A stretch of DNA of 64,000 nt from Squalus acanthias. Taxonomy: Eukaryota. The DNA lies in NCBI GenBank assembly GCA_030390025.1, contig CM059432.1:119476001-119540000 (forward strand). The letters are read 5' to 3'. Shown piece after piece: positions 51,154 through 63,689 of this stretch. Position 1 is the first letter of the stretch, and every line of letters begins with the position of its first letter. The translations under genes were made by a program, and so were the position numbers. The notes under the pieces were generated by a model, which saw nothing but the letters and a program-made list of their open reading frames with translations, was not told the DNA's origin and made no database searches.

Positions 51154-54100
51154 AGTCTAGAAATTGGATATAGCCACAAAATGGGCAGTGTTAAGGCGCC
51201 AGATCAAAATGGGCTCGGTAGCACGCAAAATTTGTGCTCAGTCCTCATTAACATGATTGTAGCCTTGATCTCAGTGCTAAAACCGCTGCTCATTGACTTC
51301 CCACTCAACAGGGGGGCCAATATTGCGTGCAGTCTAATTCCCAGTCATGTTTAGCACAGGCTTTATTCAGTACTTAAAGGGGGGGTGCATTGATGCTACA
51401 GCACCTCATTGTCAAGCCACTTACAACTTCAGCTGGAAGAAGATGGCAGTGGGTACACATGGCGGAGCCTCAGCACAGGAGAGAGCCCAGAGATTCTCAG
51501 ACGCAGCTCCTGAGGCACTGGGCATGGCCGGGGAGAGGAGGCATGCTGTCCTCTTCCCACACACTGGCAGGAAGCCCTCGTCACACACCCCTCAAAGGCT
51601 CTGGCAGGAGATAGCCGCCCATGTAACGGCTAGCACTGTGGTCACAAGGTCGGCATCCAGTGCCGAAAGAAGTTGAATGACCTCACACGGCAGGTCTAGG
51701 TGAGTGAAGGCTTCAACAAATGCCATATCCCACCATCTACACCACAAGCGTCACACACTGCTCAATGCACCACACCCCCAGCACTCACCTACCAACAATC
51801 TCTACCTATCACCACTCACACCTCACAATCATAGCTTCACTTCACCCTCACACTGCAGCAACATTCACACCCACATCTCACACCTTGCACACACTGACAG
51901 CTATTCAACAATGGCAGGCACATCACCCAAAAACATTGCACCACACTCACTCACACACTTCTCTTTCTCTTGCAGGCCAAGGGCACGAATAATCGGAGAG
52001 AGCAGCGACAGGCAGCAGGCCTGGGGAAAGCTGCCATCCAGGACCTCAGCCATCTGGAGGAGAGAGTTCTGGAGCTCTTTGGGCAGCAGATAATGGAGGC
52101 CATGGCAACCGGCGAGGTTGAAGCCCTTGGGGACAACAACAGTATTCTCATTCCTAATCCTACTTCTCACATCCCAATTCCCCCTCATCCCACAATCTCT
52201 TCTCACTTTCAAGCTGCTGATGCTGTATGCATGCATAGCTTACTTCCCCCCCCCCCACCCCGCGACCTCTCACCATAACCTGACTCTTGTGCCTTTCAGC
52301 TAATCAAGACCAAGCACCCGAGCAGCTTGTCCCCGAGGCGATGCAGGAGATCGAGGGGGGGGGCGGAGAAGAAGTAGAAGAAACAGTGTCACTGCATCTG
52401 TCACTCACAGATACCAGCTCAGAAACTGGCACTGCACATAATTTAGAGGCTAGTGTAGAAGCGGGATCTGCACAGAATGAGGCACCAGGGACGAGTGGGC
52501 TGCAGCAAGGCCACAGGAAAGGGTAGCTCAGGAGCCAGCTCCCCGGAGGGTGAGTTCGCACACCATTTCTGCTGCACAGGACTCAGATGAGGACCTCGAT
52601 GGGCCGGCCTTCAGAAGAAGGGTGATGGGCACGCAAACCGAATTGCTAGGTACAATTGCAAGCCTGCCAGAGAGCCTCTTGGCAGTGTCAAGGAGCATGG
52701 AGAAGTCCGCCTTCAACATTGCACAGGGCTCTGTGCAGAGCTTGGAGCCCAGGATTTCCAGGCTTGAATTGATGGATAACTCCCGAAGAGACCGTCTCGA
52801 CCCAGACGTGATGTGTGATGTCGCGGCTGCCATTGCAGCACAGGCGGAAATGACCCAATGTCTTAGTGCTGCAGCGGACATGCAGTCCACTCTCATGAAG
52901 TCTCAGCGTGATGCCACCCTGCTCAGACCGCTGTCATGCAATCTCAGCTTGCTACCACCCAAGCTCAGGATGCTGCCATCATAGCTGTATTTACCAGTGT
53001 CGACCGGGGCTTGCAGGGTGTCGCAGCAGCCCAGCAATCTGTGCTTCAACAGATTGCTAGGAATGCTGAGGCGCCGCCCTGGGGGTGTGGCAGTGGGTCA
53101 GTGGAATAGGACCCTGCTGTCCTCTCTCAGGATGACAGCATTCCTGTTCCCACCACTGCTACTCCGCCAGTGCCCTTGGCGCTGCCTGTCAGCCAGCCAG
53201 TCTAGACTGCTGCCGCCCATGCCAAGGTGCAGTCTACAGCCAGGCCTTCTAGGGCTAGAGCCGCTCGAGGTCGTCCTGCCAGGCCATTTGCAGTCTCCCC
53301 CATGGAAACTCAGCAGCCTTCCACCAGCCATGCTGGGTTAGCACTTCGTAGGAGCACTAGATCAGAAAACGGGACACGAACGACAGGTAGTAAGGCATTG
53401 CACAAGGGTGATTAGTTGGCGTTGCTGTTTAGATTTGGATTTGATAAATTTATAAATTATGTTTGGAATGTTTGTTTTGTGCCCAGGAGAATGCTGTGAT
53501 GTTCCGTGACAGAGGGATGGTAAGATGGGGATGTGCTGGGTGGGAACGTGGTGAGCGGGGACCTGGGGATTCATTCACTCGAATCGGAGTCTGATGAGGC
53601 ATTCACAGACAGTCCGTGTGGAAGGGGGATTTCCTGCCTGCCTCATCCTTTTTTCCTCGTCCTCCTGCTCCTCTTCTTCTTCATCCTCTTGCTCCTCTTC
53701 CTCTCCTCCTCTTCCTCCTCTTCATCCTCTTCCTTCCCTCATCCTCCTCCTCCTCCTCATCCTCTTCCTCCTCCTCCTCCTCCTCCTGAGGTGGTTCCGG
53801 AAACCGTGGTGGCAAGGGCTGCGCCCTCATGATGGCCAAGTTATGAAGCATGCAGCAGACCACCACAAAATGGGACACCCTGCTCTGGTGAGTACTGGAG
53901 GGCTTCACCCGAACGGTCAAGGCAGCGGAACCATTGCTTGAGCACCCTGATGGTCTGCTCAAGGAGTGCTGGGCAGGAATGGTGGGGTTGCGGAGGGGAG
54001 TCACGAACCAGGTGCAGAGTGGATAGCCCATATCTCAGAGTAGCCACCCTCGGGTTTGACGAGGTGGCTGAATGATTGCTGGCACACCATTAAGGCATCA

Positions 54101-55032
54101 TGACTGCTGCCAGCATACCGGGCATTCACCATCATGATGAGCTGGGCATGGTCACACAACAACTGCACATTAAGAGAGTGGTAGCCTTTGTGGTTATGTA
54201 ACATCTCAGGATTTATATGCGGCGCCCACAAAGCCATGTGTGTGTAGTAGATGCCACCCAGCACCCTAGGGAAGCCCGATATCCTGGCAAAGCCACATGT
54301 GCGCTCCTCTTGCTTCTCTCTGTTCAGAGAGACAATGAAGTCTCCTCTCCTGGGGTACAGAGTCTCCGAGTCCTCTCGGATGCAGCGATAGATGGCGAAA
54401 TGTTAGCTATGTCTTCTGCTCCAGACTGGAAGGATCCAGTGGCGAAAAAATTGAGGGCAACGGTGACCTTGAGGGCCACTGGCAGCCCTGTTGTTACCCT
54501 ACTCTGAAGCTGCAGGTTTCATTGCAGGAGGTGGCAGAGTTCAGTGATCACCTCCTTGGTGAAGCAGAGCCTCCTAATACACTGCTCCTGGCTTGACTGC
54601 GGATAGGAGAAGTGCCCTCGGAAGACCCTAGGTGGGTAAGGCCTCCTGCTGAGAGCCCTCCTGCCCCTCCTCCTCTCCTCCTCCCTGTGCGAGCACCTTC
54701 TCCTCTTCTTCACTGCACTGCTCCATCTCCCTGTCATACTCGTGCATGAGGGGGACTGCAAGTAGAGCCGCCATGACTGGGAGCAAGTGGTGTGAGCAGA
54801 ACCCTTTAAATGAGAAGCAAGGCGTTCTCCACTTGCAACAACCCTCCCTCACTCACCTCACCAACTTTAAGTAACTGCAGAAAGCTCCAAACAGTTGCAC
54901 AAACTGACACAGAGCCAGCAGAAATCAAAAAGCAATCAGCTACAAGTTGTTGATGATCCTTTTAAATAGCGCTGGTGGGGGGGTCTATCCTGCTGCTGAA
55001 TGCACGTTCAGCTGGTCGTGAATTTCACGGCC
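51154..55032. mobile_element. Degraded two-gene Harbinger (Myb/SANT + ~51443-53412; transposase - ~54773-53570)
   Basis: RAQRFSDAA..WQEIA..; RRPYPPRVFR, KGYHSLNVQLLCD..GSSHDA, LKQWFRCLD; TIR-like agtctagaaatt / aatttcacggcc. Confidence 0.85.
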
Positions 55033-56376
55033 AATCTCTTTGTTCTCTCTGCTAACCATCAACAAAGAAATCACATACAGGTACTGCAAATCACAGGTGT
55101 TGCTTACCTGAGCAGTTCATAATAAAACTGCTAAATCGCTTGCCTAAGATAAAGCTTTGAGAATCCAATATCCAGTTTCTTTCAACGTCTTTTGGGGGAA
55201 AAAAGCAATGGCCCTAAATATGCAGTCGGCGACATAGTGTGGAATATGTTTTACTTCCTCCCTCTTTTCAGCCAATCCCCTTATGTTGTTTCTATAATTT
55301 TCACAGATTCTAAAGATCACCTGTCCTTGTCTGTAATTTTCTTTCTGCCACAACTTCTGTTGCTGAATAAAAATACGTATTTACTCAGACTATTTCTGCC
55401 ATAAATGCACAGAGAGCTTTTGCCGGGAACAACTCGTTTCCCCAAGTGGGCTCCCTTCAACTGCTGGTTGGGTAAGGCGGCCCAGTGCGATCCCATTGGA
55501 TTTCCAAAAGGGGGAAATTTTGACTCTCTCTCCCGGCCATGGCTCACCTTATAAAACAATTGTCTGTGAATCAAATGTAGCGGTGATATTAGTCCCATTC
55601 AATTTTCTCAAGCTATTTTCTACCGAATAATCAAGATGACCACTATTTCTAAAAGCAAAGCACAGCTGGGATAATGGACACAATCCCTTCCTTCCAGTAT
55701 GAATAACCTAATCTGCTGGAAACAAATTTGCTTTTTGTGTGACAGCAGCAATGTTTGGAACAGGTTTGTAATACAATTTTCTCATCCCCTTCCCCTTACG
55801 CTGTGCAACAGGCTTCCTGCGCCTGTCTGCACCAGACACAAAAAATTTCAGTGTAATTACCTCACAGTAGGTGGGCAATTAGCCCAACTTGACAGATCGC
55901 AAGTTCGAGATTTAGCACATGTGCAAATGCATGCGGAAATCCCAAACTGGTGATCAATTTCAAAGGTGGTATTACGGTGTACTCTGAGAGTATGGCATCA
56001 TACTGACCGTGAATTCAGGGCCAATTAAATTTTCAAATCTCCACAGGATGATGGTACATACTCATCACCTCCTATTGATGTACAGGTTGTATGCTGGGAA
56101 ATTCTACGTATTGTATTCTGAACCCTCGTTCCAACTGCTATGAGGTTAAATACATCCAATTTTGAGATAATTTGAGGTCTTGAAGTAAAAACTTAAATTC
56201 AGAAATTTAAATTACTGAAGAAATAAATGACGTTTTTTCAAAAATGTTTGCGTAATTTGTTTGGTTTATCAATGAGTATCACAAGCCACTGTTTACGTAC
56301 AGTTTTCCCATTATAAATGTTTAGATACACCTTTCCCATTTTAAATGTTGACATGAAAAGTATCACAGGAAATAAT

Positions 56377-57161
56377 GACCCAAAATTTGAGGTTGTAATG
56401 ACGATGAAACTGTTAGCCTTTGCCATTATTACTCTACGAAACTGACAGCAACTTCTGAAGTCTGCACATGCGCAGTTAAATGCAGAAATCCAGAAGTTGC
56501 TGTCAGTGATTCCCTGCTCCTCCACAGGGTGCACTGTTGCAGTACTCGTAGTTGCAATCAACACAGAATCAGTGAATTGACGTGAACTTCAACTTTGTAC
56601 GCACTATTCTCGCTGTAAAAACTCTTGTAAAGTTAAGCCTTGTTGAATGAGGTGCAACTGATTTTTTAATGATCTACTAAGTCATAGTTATTGCTGAACA
56701 ACCTCGCTAGCCCTGAAAAACTAATTTTATGTTCTGGAGTGTCATTTTCTCCATTCCGTGATAAAAATTCCATTCTGTGATTGAAAATAATAAAATTCAT
56801 TTTTATTTTATTTTTTTAATGTTTGTTTATGATATTTCAGCTATTACCTTAATCCCATGTGTATGTCCCAATCTTTATTTTGCTTTCTGTAAAATTATTA
56901 AAGAAGTTGAATGATAAAACCTGCATTTTACTTGCGGGTTTGCTGTCTTTGAGAATACCTCAATGTGATTGGCTGCTCAGCATGCTTGATGACATCACTG
57001 TTGCTAGACACCACAAATTCCCCTACAGATGGCACCAGATGGAAAGTCACATCGGTAAAGGGGAAATCGACACCACAGAGCCCACTAAATGTTTGTGGGC
57101 AGCTTTCTTCGAGGTCAGCGGCAAACACCATCCCTTCGCCGCTGACCGCAAAATCCGGGCC
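56377..57161. mobile_element. Harbinger-type MITE
   Basis: Imperfect TIRs gacccaaaattt / aaaatccgggcc; AAT TSD. Confidence 0.7.
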
Positions 57162-57504
57162 AATGTTTGTGGCCAATACGTGTGTGCCGCACACAGGATT
57201 TTCAAAATAATATAGATGGCAGCCATATATGTTCCTTTTGAATGATTATCTTCAATTAATTGTCCCCAAGCTGGTTTGTGAAGTTGATTGCATTTTTTGA
57301 GTGTTATCGATTTCAGTGATAGCTGAATAGAAATTTATTAATGTTTCCCATCACAGTTTGGAAGGCAAGACATAGTTCACCCATTACCGCAGTGACTGAA
57401 CATGCTGTGCGGTTCAAAAATTCTTCAGAAAATTTGAGGTCAAATGCTGCTCATGGTAGCTGAAGTATTTTTCTTTACAAGGTTATTTGTGCTTCAGTAT
57501 CTGT

Positions 57505-57685
57505 CCACAGTCCAAAGATGTGCGGGTTAGGTTGATTTGGCTATGATAAATTGACCCTTAGTGTTAGGGGGGATTAAATACGTGGGGTTACGGGATAGGG
57601 TGGGATATGTGTGGGTGCAGGCTCGATGGGCCGAAATGGCCTCTATCTGCACTGTGGGGATTCTGTGATTCTGTGTGATTCTGTG
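57505..57685 (+). mobile_element. HE1-like V-SINE 3' fragment
   Basis: cacagtccaaagatgtgcgggttagg core, CR1/HER1-type hairpin gatgggccgaaatggcc and (attctgtg)n tail. Confidence 0.75.
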
Positions 57686-59569
57686 TGCGTGAAGAATGCC
57701 CTGTATAGGTGCTGCAGTTGGAAATATTTGATTCAACCCCGTATTTGTCTTGCGAGTCACTGTATACATGTGGCAGAGAAAAGACCCTTCATCTGTGTCT
57801 CTTCATCATCCTGAATAACAATGGTGAAGTACATATCAGTATCTCTCCTCTATACTGGTTATGTCACTCCAGATGGTTTGCTATCCTCAGTATGAAGCTA
57901 AACAATTGGAATGAAACAAAAGTGGATGCTTTATTTGCAGATAATTAACGATTGATTGCTGGGAGACAGTGATGGGGACGAGTAATTTGTTGAAATTATT
58001 TACATGTTAAGTACTCTACCTTAACAGCTTTTGTGTAACAATTTACTCTGCAATGCATAGAGATGGGCATATCCTTAAATGCAAAGACCTACCAGATTCC
58101 ACAGTAGCAGTGCATCTTTGCAACCTACTTGTTAATTGATAAATTCAACTCACAGCCGCTTTTCTGCGCCTGACAAATGAACAGCCAGCGGTTGAAAATC
58201 AGCGCCGAGGATGGGGGGATGGGTGGAGTGGGTGGAGAAATGGAAATATTCATGCGGGCCTGTAAATGGGTAAGTAGCCCATCCACTGGAAATGGGCGCA
58301 AGGCCACTTAAATATGCAAACTGGGTCCTAAGCCAGTGGTAGGACCCTGATTACAAATTTCAGGTACAAATGGATGGAGCGTGTGCTGTGAATGCCCCAG
58401 CTAGGTCCACCAGATAGTGAAGAGGAAGAGGCCCCAACAAGGCAAGTGAAAAGAATATTTTAGTGGGGTCAGAAGGAGCATGAGTGCTCCCCTGGGTTCC
58501 ACAAGAATAATGTGGGCTTGAAGGGATAATTACTAGTCCTAGCCCCTTTTGGGCTACCCCAGATCAGGCGTATACCCCAGACGTTCACCTTCAACTAAAG
58601 TTAGAGGCAGCCAAATCCTAAAGACACTTAATTGGGTCTAAAGGTCCAGACTATCTCTCCCTAAAGGAAAGGAACAGCCTGAAGATGTTACCGTCCTCCA
58701 GATAGCACTTTTAATAAGTTTAGCTAGACTGTAATGTTCCGGATATTATGAGGGTCCGGAAAACTCCCCCAGAATTCTGCAACTCCTCACCAAAGAACAT
58801 ACAGAGATTGAATTCGCGAGTTTGATACAGAAGTACTATGTGAGACTATTCTAAAAATATATAGATTTATTAAAGAACCGACATGTAATTACAGTTGGTG
58901 ATTCAATCGCAACTTTAACAATTCCAAAAACAGAAATCTTACAATTCTATTATCAGAGATCCTTATTCTCAAATCTTAACTTCGTTACATTTTTACATTT
59001 TTAAGTCTCATTCCAGGATATCCACCAAAATCAAATACAAGTACCTTGATCCCCGAGACTAAAAGAGTTGAAGACTTACAGAGCTTGCCTCTAAAGCCTG
59101 AGAATCGCTTTGCCCCTTCAAGCGAATTTGTCATCCCATTTGAAAGTCCAATTTTTCTACCCTTTTTTCAGTGGTATATCCTTTGAAGTTTTCTGCTGAT
59201 GTAAGCTAATTGGGGGAAAAATAGGTTGCGCCCTGTTTGGGGCGCAAATATCGTCTGGACGCAAAAATTAGCGCCTGGCGCTAATTACCGCCACTGACTG
59301 GAAACTTCACTTTTACCGCCCCGGGAGGTGAGTGGAGCGCTAAATCAGGCGCTGCACACCTGTCTTAAGGCGCAAAGGCCGAGCAGTGAGGCGCTAACTC
59401 AGCGCGCGAGCGCAGCGCAGGTGCTGCCAGTTAGCGAGGGAACACAGACACACTGGCGCAGGCCAGTTCTTAAAGGGGGGGGGGGCAACTTGCTCTCCAG
59501 CCACACCCTGCTCATTGCAGCCTTGAATCTCGGCCTGGATAGACCTGTGAATCCATTTTGCTGCCAAGG

Positions 59570-61389
59570 ATGGAGAGGGTGAGAGAACGAGCTCAGCGCT
59601 ACACCGAGCGGGCCTTGGATGCTCTGGTTGGCGCGGTGGAGCGCAGAAGATCTATACTCTTCCCTGAGAGTGGCAGGAGGCCTTTGCCACGCGAGTACAG
59701 AAGAGTGTGGAGGGAGGTGACTCAGAGCGTCTCCTCCAGGAGCATGGTGCCCAGGACCCATGTTCAATGCCGCAAAAAGTTCAACGACCTCACTCGGGTC
59801 GTCAGGGTGAGTGGCTTTTTTTCAATACCTCTCCATCCCTCCATCTCAACCTCACTCTATGGCCAGAGGGTCTTAAAACCCCAATGCACAACACTCATCC
59901 AACACCTATGGCCCTTTCATGAAACACACACACACATTCCACACTTTGCATACAGTAAGGGCTATTCAGCCTATGGGAGGCACATCAGGCAAGACCATGG
60001 CTGCATACAGTAAGGGCTATTCACCTATGGGAGGCACATCAGGCAAGACCATGGCTGTATATTTACTCAGATGCTGTCCTTTTTCTTGCAGGCCAAGCTG
60101 GCGCATAATAGGAGACAGCAGCAACGGACAGGTGGAGGGCGGCCTCAGCTGCAACCCCTCAGCGATCTTGAGGAGCGCGTCCACAGGATTGTGGCAAGCC
60201 GGGTGATCGGTCCCGTCGCCACTGGAGACGCCGACCCCGTTCTGGACAGCAATGGTAAGGTCATCACCTTTTTCTCCTCTGTCCTTCCACTTGTCCCTCA
60301 CAACACCAGCCTTTGACACTTTCAATCCAACTTGCTAACTCGCTGCACTTATTCCTCCCTTACTGCCACCCTGTCCTCACGCTAAAGCCACTCTTGTACC
60401 TCCCTGCTTTCAGATGGTGATTCACCAGCTGAGGAGACGGGCCCTGAAGCTGCCAGTGGGAGTGAAGCTGCAGCCGAGGAGGAAGAGGAAGCCGGAGCAT
60501 CAGTGCTACCCTCTCCCGAGGAAGCCCATGCCCACACTGGGAACACGCCTTCCCTGGAGGGGAGCAGGGGGGAAGGGTCTGATGAGGGTGAAGCTCCAGG
60601 ACCCAGCGGGCTGCAGCAATGCCATGGGGGTAGGGAAGAACGGGGGCCTTCTCCCCAGAGGGAGAGTATGCCAGAGACTCCTACTGCAATGGACGCAGAG
60701 GAGGAGCGGCTGATCGCAGAAATGAACACCCAGGCGGTGGGCATGCACACTGAGCTCATGGGTGCAGTGGGAAGGGTGCCCGAATGCATTGAGTCACTGG
60801 CAAGGAGTGTGGAGCACTTCGCTGTAGCACAGGCGGATGCCACACTAAAGCTTAGTGCTGCAATTCAGTCACTGACTGCCGTGATCCCATCTCTGACTGC
60901 TCTCATGCAGACTCAGATTGAGGCCACGCGAGCACTGACTGCTGCCAACCTCGATGGTTCGTTCACATGTCCCCGGGGCTCTCACCGCGCTGCAGCAGGC
61001 CAGCAATCTTGCTCCAGCAGATTGCTCCGGATGCTGATGTGCTGCCCCGTGGGAGTGCCAGTGTGTCGGGCGAGCAGGGAGTTGCTGTCCTCTCTCACGA
61101 TGACAGCATTCCTGCTGCCAACACTGTCACTTCTCCACTGCACTTGCCACCGCCTGTAGGACAGACTGCTGCCGCCCATGCAGAGTTGGTGCAGTCTGCA
61201 GCCGGGCCCTCCAGGCCCAGAACTGGTCGAGGCCGTCCTTCAGGGGCATCTGCAGTGTCAGGGTCTGACAATCAGCAGCCTTCCACCAGCCTTGCTGCAG
61301 CCACTGAGGTCCCATTACGGAGGAGCAGTAGGGTTAGAAGGGGGGAAGTGCGCAAGGGAAGGAGATCACCCTCGAAGGGCAAAAAGTAG
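59570..61389 (+). pseudogene. Harbinger Myb/SANT-like DNA-binding partner; exons 59570-59806, 60092-60254, 60414-61389; one apparent frameshift near 61005
   Basis: RAQRYTERALDALV..VWREV..QCRKKFNDL; phase-consistent GT-AG introns (gtgagt/ttgcag, gtaagg/tttcag). Confidence 0.8.
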
Positions 61390-61701
61390 GAGGTGTGACA
61401 AAATGCTGGTCATTTTTTTATTAAAGGCCGAGGTTCGTTGTCCAACTTTTGTCTAGTGTTTTGGACATTATCTCCAGGTTGTGAGAACCAGTTATGTTAA
61501 TGATTGTTTTTTTGTGTTTATTTCTATGAGTTTGTCATGAGGAAATGACACACACAGAGTTTGTAAAATAAATAAGTTTTTGTATTCAAAATATACATGT
61601 TTGGTGTTTGGAATCATTGGTGCCTTGGCCGGCTTAGGGGTTGCGTGCTAGGTTCATTGATGTTGTTAGCAATGGCAGAAGCCATTTCCACAGCAGGGGC
61701 C

Positions 61702-62862
61702 CTAGAAGCGGCTTGCTATCAGCCGTTGACGGACGGCCCTTGCAGTTTCACCATTGTGGGCCGTCCTCCCGCCTTGGTGCTGCTGATGATCATCCTCCTT
61801 GTCCTCTTCCTCCTCTTCCTCCTCCTCCTCTGGTGGTGCTCCAAGGCCTGGTGGCATTGGCTTGGTCCTGAGGATTGCCATGTTATGCAGCATGCAGCAC
61901 ACAACTACGAAGTTGGATACTCGCTCAGGCGAGTACAGCAGGGCTCCTCCAGAATGGTCGAGACAGCGGAACCGTTGCTTCAGCACGCCGATTGTGCGCT
62001 CAATGATGTTCCTGGTAGCTTGATGGCTCTCGTTGTACCGCAGCTTAGCAGGGGTGTTGGGCGTACGGAGCGGTGTCATCAGCCAGGTGCTCAATGGATA
62101 TCCCTTGTCCCCGAGAAGCCAACCAACTGGCTGATGCGGTGCCTCGAAAAGTTCTGCCACAGTAGTCTGGCGCAGGATGAAAGCATCGTGGCAGCTGCCA
62201 GGATAGTGGGCATTGACAGCGAGTATCAGCTGTCTTTGGTCACAGACCAACTGAACATTCAAATAATGGAACCCCTTTCTGTTCCGGAAATCCTCGGCAT
62301 TCACATGTGGAGCACGCAAAGCCACATGCGTGCAGTCAATGGCGCCCTGCACCATGGGGAAGCCCGCTATCCCCGCAAAGCCCAGAGCGCGGTCATGCTG
62401 CTTGTCTAGGGTCATGGGGAAAGAGATGAACTCTTGTCTCCTTTTAAAGAGGGCATTTGTGACCTGCCGGATGCAACAATGCACCGCGAACTGGGAGATA
62501 TTGGCGAGGTCCCCAGCAGCAGCTTGAAATGAGCCAGTAGCATAGAAGTTGAGAGCCACTGTGACCTTCACTGCCACCGACAGAGACGTCCTGGACCTCA
62601 GTTGATGCTGCAGATCTGGTTGCAGCAGGTGGCAGAGCTCAGTGACCACCTCCTTGCTGAATCGCAGCCTTCGCAAACACAGCTCCTCAGACATATGAAT
62701 GTAGGAGAGCTGTTCACGATATACCCTGGGAGGGTAAGCTCTCCTGTACATACGCCTGTTGGCCCTCCTCCGTCTGGCCATCATTGCCACTCTCTCTCTG
62801 CGTCTCTGTGTCCTCCGATTCTGCTGGAGCAGGACGACGCCCCCATTCAGTGCAGCCCCCAT
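61702..62862 (-). CDS. Harbinger DDE transposase (HARBI1-like), intact, 386 aa from the ATG at 62862
   Basis: GAIDCTH, RNRKGFH.LNVQ, GSCHDAFIL, LLGDKGY, RNIIERTIGVLKQRFRCL, CCMLHN; no stops. Confidence 0.92.
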   Translation of the reverse strand: MGAALNGGVVLLQQNRRTQRRRERVAMMARRRRANRRMYRRAYPPRVYREQLSYIHMSEELCLRRLRFSKEVVTELCHLLQPDLQHQLRSRTSLSVAVKVTVALNFYATGSFQAAAGDLANISQFAVHCCIRQVTNALFKRRQEFISFPMTLDKQHDRALGFAGIAGFPMVQGAIDCTHVALRAPHVNAEDFRNRKGFHYLNVQLVCDQRQLILAVNAHYPGSCHDAFILRQTTVAELFEAPHQPVGWLLGDKGYPLSTWLMTPLRTPNTPAKLRYNESHQATRNIIERTIGVLKQRFRCLDHSGGALLYSPERVSNFVVVCCMLHNMAILRTKPMPPGLGAPPEEEEEEEEEDKEDDHQQHQGGRTAHNGETARAVRQRLIASRF

Positions 62863-63689
62863 AGTCTCTTTGTAAGCAAAGTTATGAAGGACAGCAACCA
62901 AAGTACCAGCGAAGTTAGGATCAGTAGGCAAAACTACCTCACAAAGTGTTGACTCAATGCAGAAGTCTCTCTCTCTCTCTCAGAACGAGTGGTGCAAAAA
63001 TGTCAACCACAGAAAAAGACAGGAAGAGGCCCCCTTTAAATAGCGCCCCCCCCCCAGCCCCACAGCGATTGATAGCGTTCCAGTCTTCCGGTCGTTGGAT
63101 GCGCCAGGCGGTAAGGCAGGGGGCGCCACTGAATTTCCGCTCCGGGGCGCCACAAGGGCGTTGCACCATGGAATGACGTCACAATCTGCGCGCGCAGGTG
63201 GTCGCGGCGGTAAAGTTTAGCGCCGCCGCACAATGTCTAGTTAAGTTCCCGAGCGGCGCAAACAGCGCTGCGCCCGGGCGCTAGCGGCTTTGCGCCCCAT
63301 TATCCTCTTAAGGCGCTAACAGGAGGCGCAACCAACTGAATTTTTCCCCCAATCTCTAGTCATTTTTCTGCTGACCCCTTCTATTCTTACAGTCAGTTCA
63401 GCTGGTAGCAAGCAGACTCGTGTCTCTCCTTTAGGTGTTTCAAGTTCAACACAAAAACAATGTGACGGGTGGTGCCTCCCCCACTTGATGCCATTCTTAC
63501 CAAGGTCTTCTGTTTGTATCTTTTGCATTTAGAACACCTCAACCAGTTGCACCATTGTCTTCTCAGTTACCTCAGTTGGTTGCAACACATAATCGTGTCT
63601 CCTGTGTTTCATTTAATGTCATTTTTACGAAGGCATATGTTTCTTTAATTTTATGTGATTCTTTTCAAAGTGTTGGTTTAAGACACTTT

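Larger units (their letters stand above)
59212..63350. mobile_element. Near-intact two-gene PIF/Harbinger transposon
   Basis: TIRs gggggaaaaat / atttttccccc; convergent Myb/SANT and DDE transposase genes. Confidence 0.93.
58519..63689 (-). mobile_element. Second foamy-like LTR (58519-59211 + 63351-63689, runs past the window), split by a Harbinger
   Basis: First ~690 bp are collinear with 8821-9520 (tgaagggataattac..gatgtaagct|..tctctagtca). Confidence 0.85.

Noticed and set aside
53640..53790. (CCT/CTT)n low-complexity tract
   Set aside because: Expansion of the acidic C-terminal tract normal for these Harbinger transposases.
55040..57500. Possible highly decayed DNA-transposase remnants (e.g. 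VTEHAVRF..QMLLMVAE near 57390-57470)
   Set aside because: Similarity is too weak and fragmentary to call without a search.
61597..62409. 270-aa plus-strand ORF
   Set aside because: Antisense to the Harbinger transposase.
61702..62931. Domesticated host HARBI1 gene
   Set aside because: It lies between TIRs with a Myb partner and has degraded relatives nearby, so it is a transposon gene.
8821..63689. The two foamy-like LTRs as ends of one giant provirus
   Set aside because: No PBS next to the second LTR, divergent U3, and unrelated older sequence between them.
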